Positions 32,386 through 33,828 of a stretch of DNA of 33,828 nucleotides are shown one piece after another. The stretch is from Octopus bimaculoides. Lineage: Eukaryota. Position numbers and translations under genes: made by a program. Every line of letters begins with the position of its first letter. The stretch's first letter is position 1. The notes under the pieces are model-generated. The model searched no databases. It was not told the origin of the DNA and saw only the letters and a program-made list of their open reading frames with translations. The stretch covers positions 187,297,116 to 187,330,943 of the forward strand of contig NC_068982.1 of the NCBI RefSeq assembly GCF_001194135.2, read 5' to 3'.

Positions 32386-32718
32386 CTCATCGATTATTTA
32401 ATTGTTATAAATCTTCCACTGAGGAGGGAGCCGATTTCCAACAAAGATACAAGGCTCCATCTTTGGGATGTAGTTATCACAGACAAATTCACATTTGGAA
32501 CTTGAGAAAAGTCTTGCATATTTTTACTGTTCCACTCACAGTTTGCACTTGTAATTTACGAATCAGCCGGTCAGTGTCTCTTCCTGAAAAATCCCAGTTT
32601 ATCCAGATTCTCCTTCAAGCATTTACTAACATAACCTAGTGCTCCAATTATTATTGGTATGAATATGAATTCATAGTCTGCATATAGAAGCTGGAGGTTT
32701 CGAAGCAGTTGTCCATAA
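32386..32718 (-). mobile_element. R4/Dong-like (RLE-type) LINE, 5'-truncated 3' end with 8 bp matching flanks
   Basis: YGQLLRNLQLLYADYEFIFIPIIIGALGYVSKCLKENLDKLGFF/RDTDRLIRKLQVQTVSGTVKICKTFLKFQM* (stop at 32489-32491, one frameshift) fits the PIIIGALG...LQ....GT..I motif of R4-clade ORF ends; ATGTATGT at 32378-32385 and 32719-32726. Confidence 0.8.
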
Positions 32719-32719
32719 A

Positions 32720-32757
<38 letters not shown>

Positions 32758-33476
32758 TACTATGTACCATATTTACTGGCAAATAAGAGGAGTTAGTTTC
32801 CATCTTTTTTTTATGCGATAAAAATTGTCGTGTCTTATGCGTCCTTATCGATGGGAGTTCAAGTGTCGTAGGCTAAGGATCTAGGTGAACGTAAATCCAC
32901 TAATCATAATAATTGTTGTTAATAATAAAACAATGGAAGCAAGCAAAAGTATTACATTTTATTCGCACGAAATTATGAAAAATTGCTTATGATATATTGG
33001 CAGGTAGGTGGGGAGATCACATCTTTTCCTTTCACCTCCTTCCCCAGCATAAATAACCCATCTTTGATATGTGTCTTACATTATTTATTGGCTGTGTTAC
33101 ATTTATGAAACATTTCTCTAATTATCTATATGAAAAATTCTCCAAGAAAGATTTTTCGATGGATAGGTTGTATTCCATCTGTGACTCTACTCAGAAGGCT
33201 GTAATATCATTTGACAGGAAACCCGGTATAAAGAAATACATGAAACAAGACGGTAACTTTAAATACCTTTAATGTGGCCACGTGTATATACACAAACTGA
33301 ACATATCTACATGCATCTACGTGAGTTGTATGTTCGCTGTTAAGCTAAGTGAGAAGCTCACGCACAGCAATATGCTAAAACCAGTGCAGTGTGTTGGTGT
33401 TGTATAGATGTTGTTGACGACGTTTGTGAGAGACATGAAGGTGGTGATGAAGATGGAGGTCGCTGTAATGTGGTCA

Positions 33477-33828
33477 GTGGTTGAAGGAACCTGTGGAAGA
33501 AGTAGACCCAGGAAGACCTGGGATGAGGTGGTGAAGCACGACCTTCGAACATTAGGCCTCGCCGAGGCAATGACTAGTGACTGAGACCTTTGGAAATATG
33601 CTGTGCGTGAGAAGACTCGGCAAGCCAAGTGAGACCATAATCTGAGGCCTCTGCCAGGGGTGTAGCCAGCCCACTTATGCGTACCTTTCCTTCATTGGAC
33701 ACTAAACTCTGTTTGCAAAGACCTGTTGAGGCAAATGAAATCGATCCAAATTCAACGACTGACACCCATGCCAACCTCTCCTTCATTGGACACTAGACTC
33801 GACTTGCGAAGACCTGTTGGGGTAAGTG
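33477..33828 (+). mobile_element. RTE-clade LINE 3' portion (runs off the window)
   Basis: VEGTCGRSRPRKTWDEVVKHDLRTLGLAEAMTSD*DLWKYAVREKTRQAK*; collinear with 650-950. Confidence 0.85.

Noticed and set aside
33069-33272. 67 aa ORF ...DRLYSICDSTQKAVISFDRKPGIKKYMKQDG
   Set aside because: Protein-like composition but no motif I can name and only modest splice signals; it needs a homology search before any call.

Overview
Eukaryotic, AT-rich, gap-ridden (short-read-type) scaffold sequence dominated by interspersed repeats and microsatellites. The repeat families look cephalopod, most likely Octopus; this is my recognition, not a database match. No complete protein-coding gene, rRNA, true tRNA gene or CRISPR array can be supported. 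Supported content: many copies of four tRNA-derived SINE families (called A-D here), some nested with TSDs; decayed non-LTR retrotransposons of four kinds (RTE 3' ends, a ~1.2 kb CR1/L2-type RT remnant, R4/Dong-type and CRE-type restriction-like-endonuclease C-termini); an internally deleted Merlin/IS1595-type DNA transposon with ~55 bp TIRs; Tigger/pogo-like and hAT-like MITEs; and three elements built around interstitial TTAGGG arrays with inverted ends. The most interesting signals are: (i) decayed minimal type-I hammerhead ribozyme motifs of the Penelope-like-element type (3962-3999, and an inverted pair at 25535-25681 whose two broken copies together rebuild one full ribozyme); (ii) an R4/Dong-like LINE inserted twice into (CATA)n microsatellites with matching flanks; (iii) a ~209 bp telomeric-repeat palindrome family; (iv) several good minus-strand splice sites that may mark an unannotated spliced transcript, with one 145-nt exon candidate weakly TNF-ligand-like. 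Most ORFs in the supplied track are artefacts of N-gaps, microsatellites or antisense reading of repeats.
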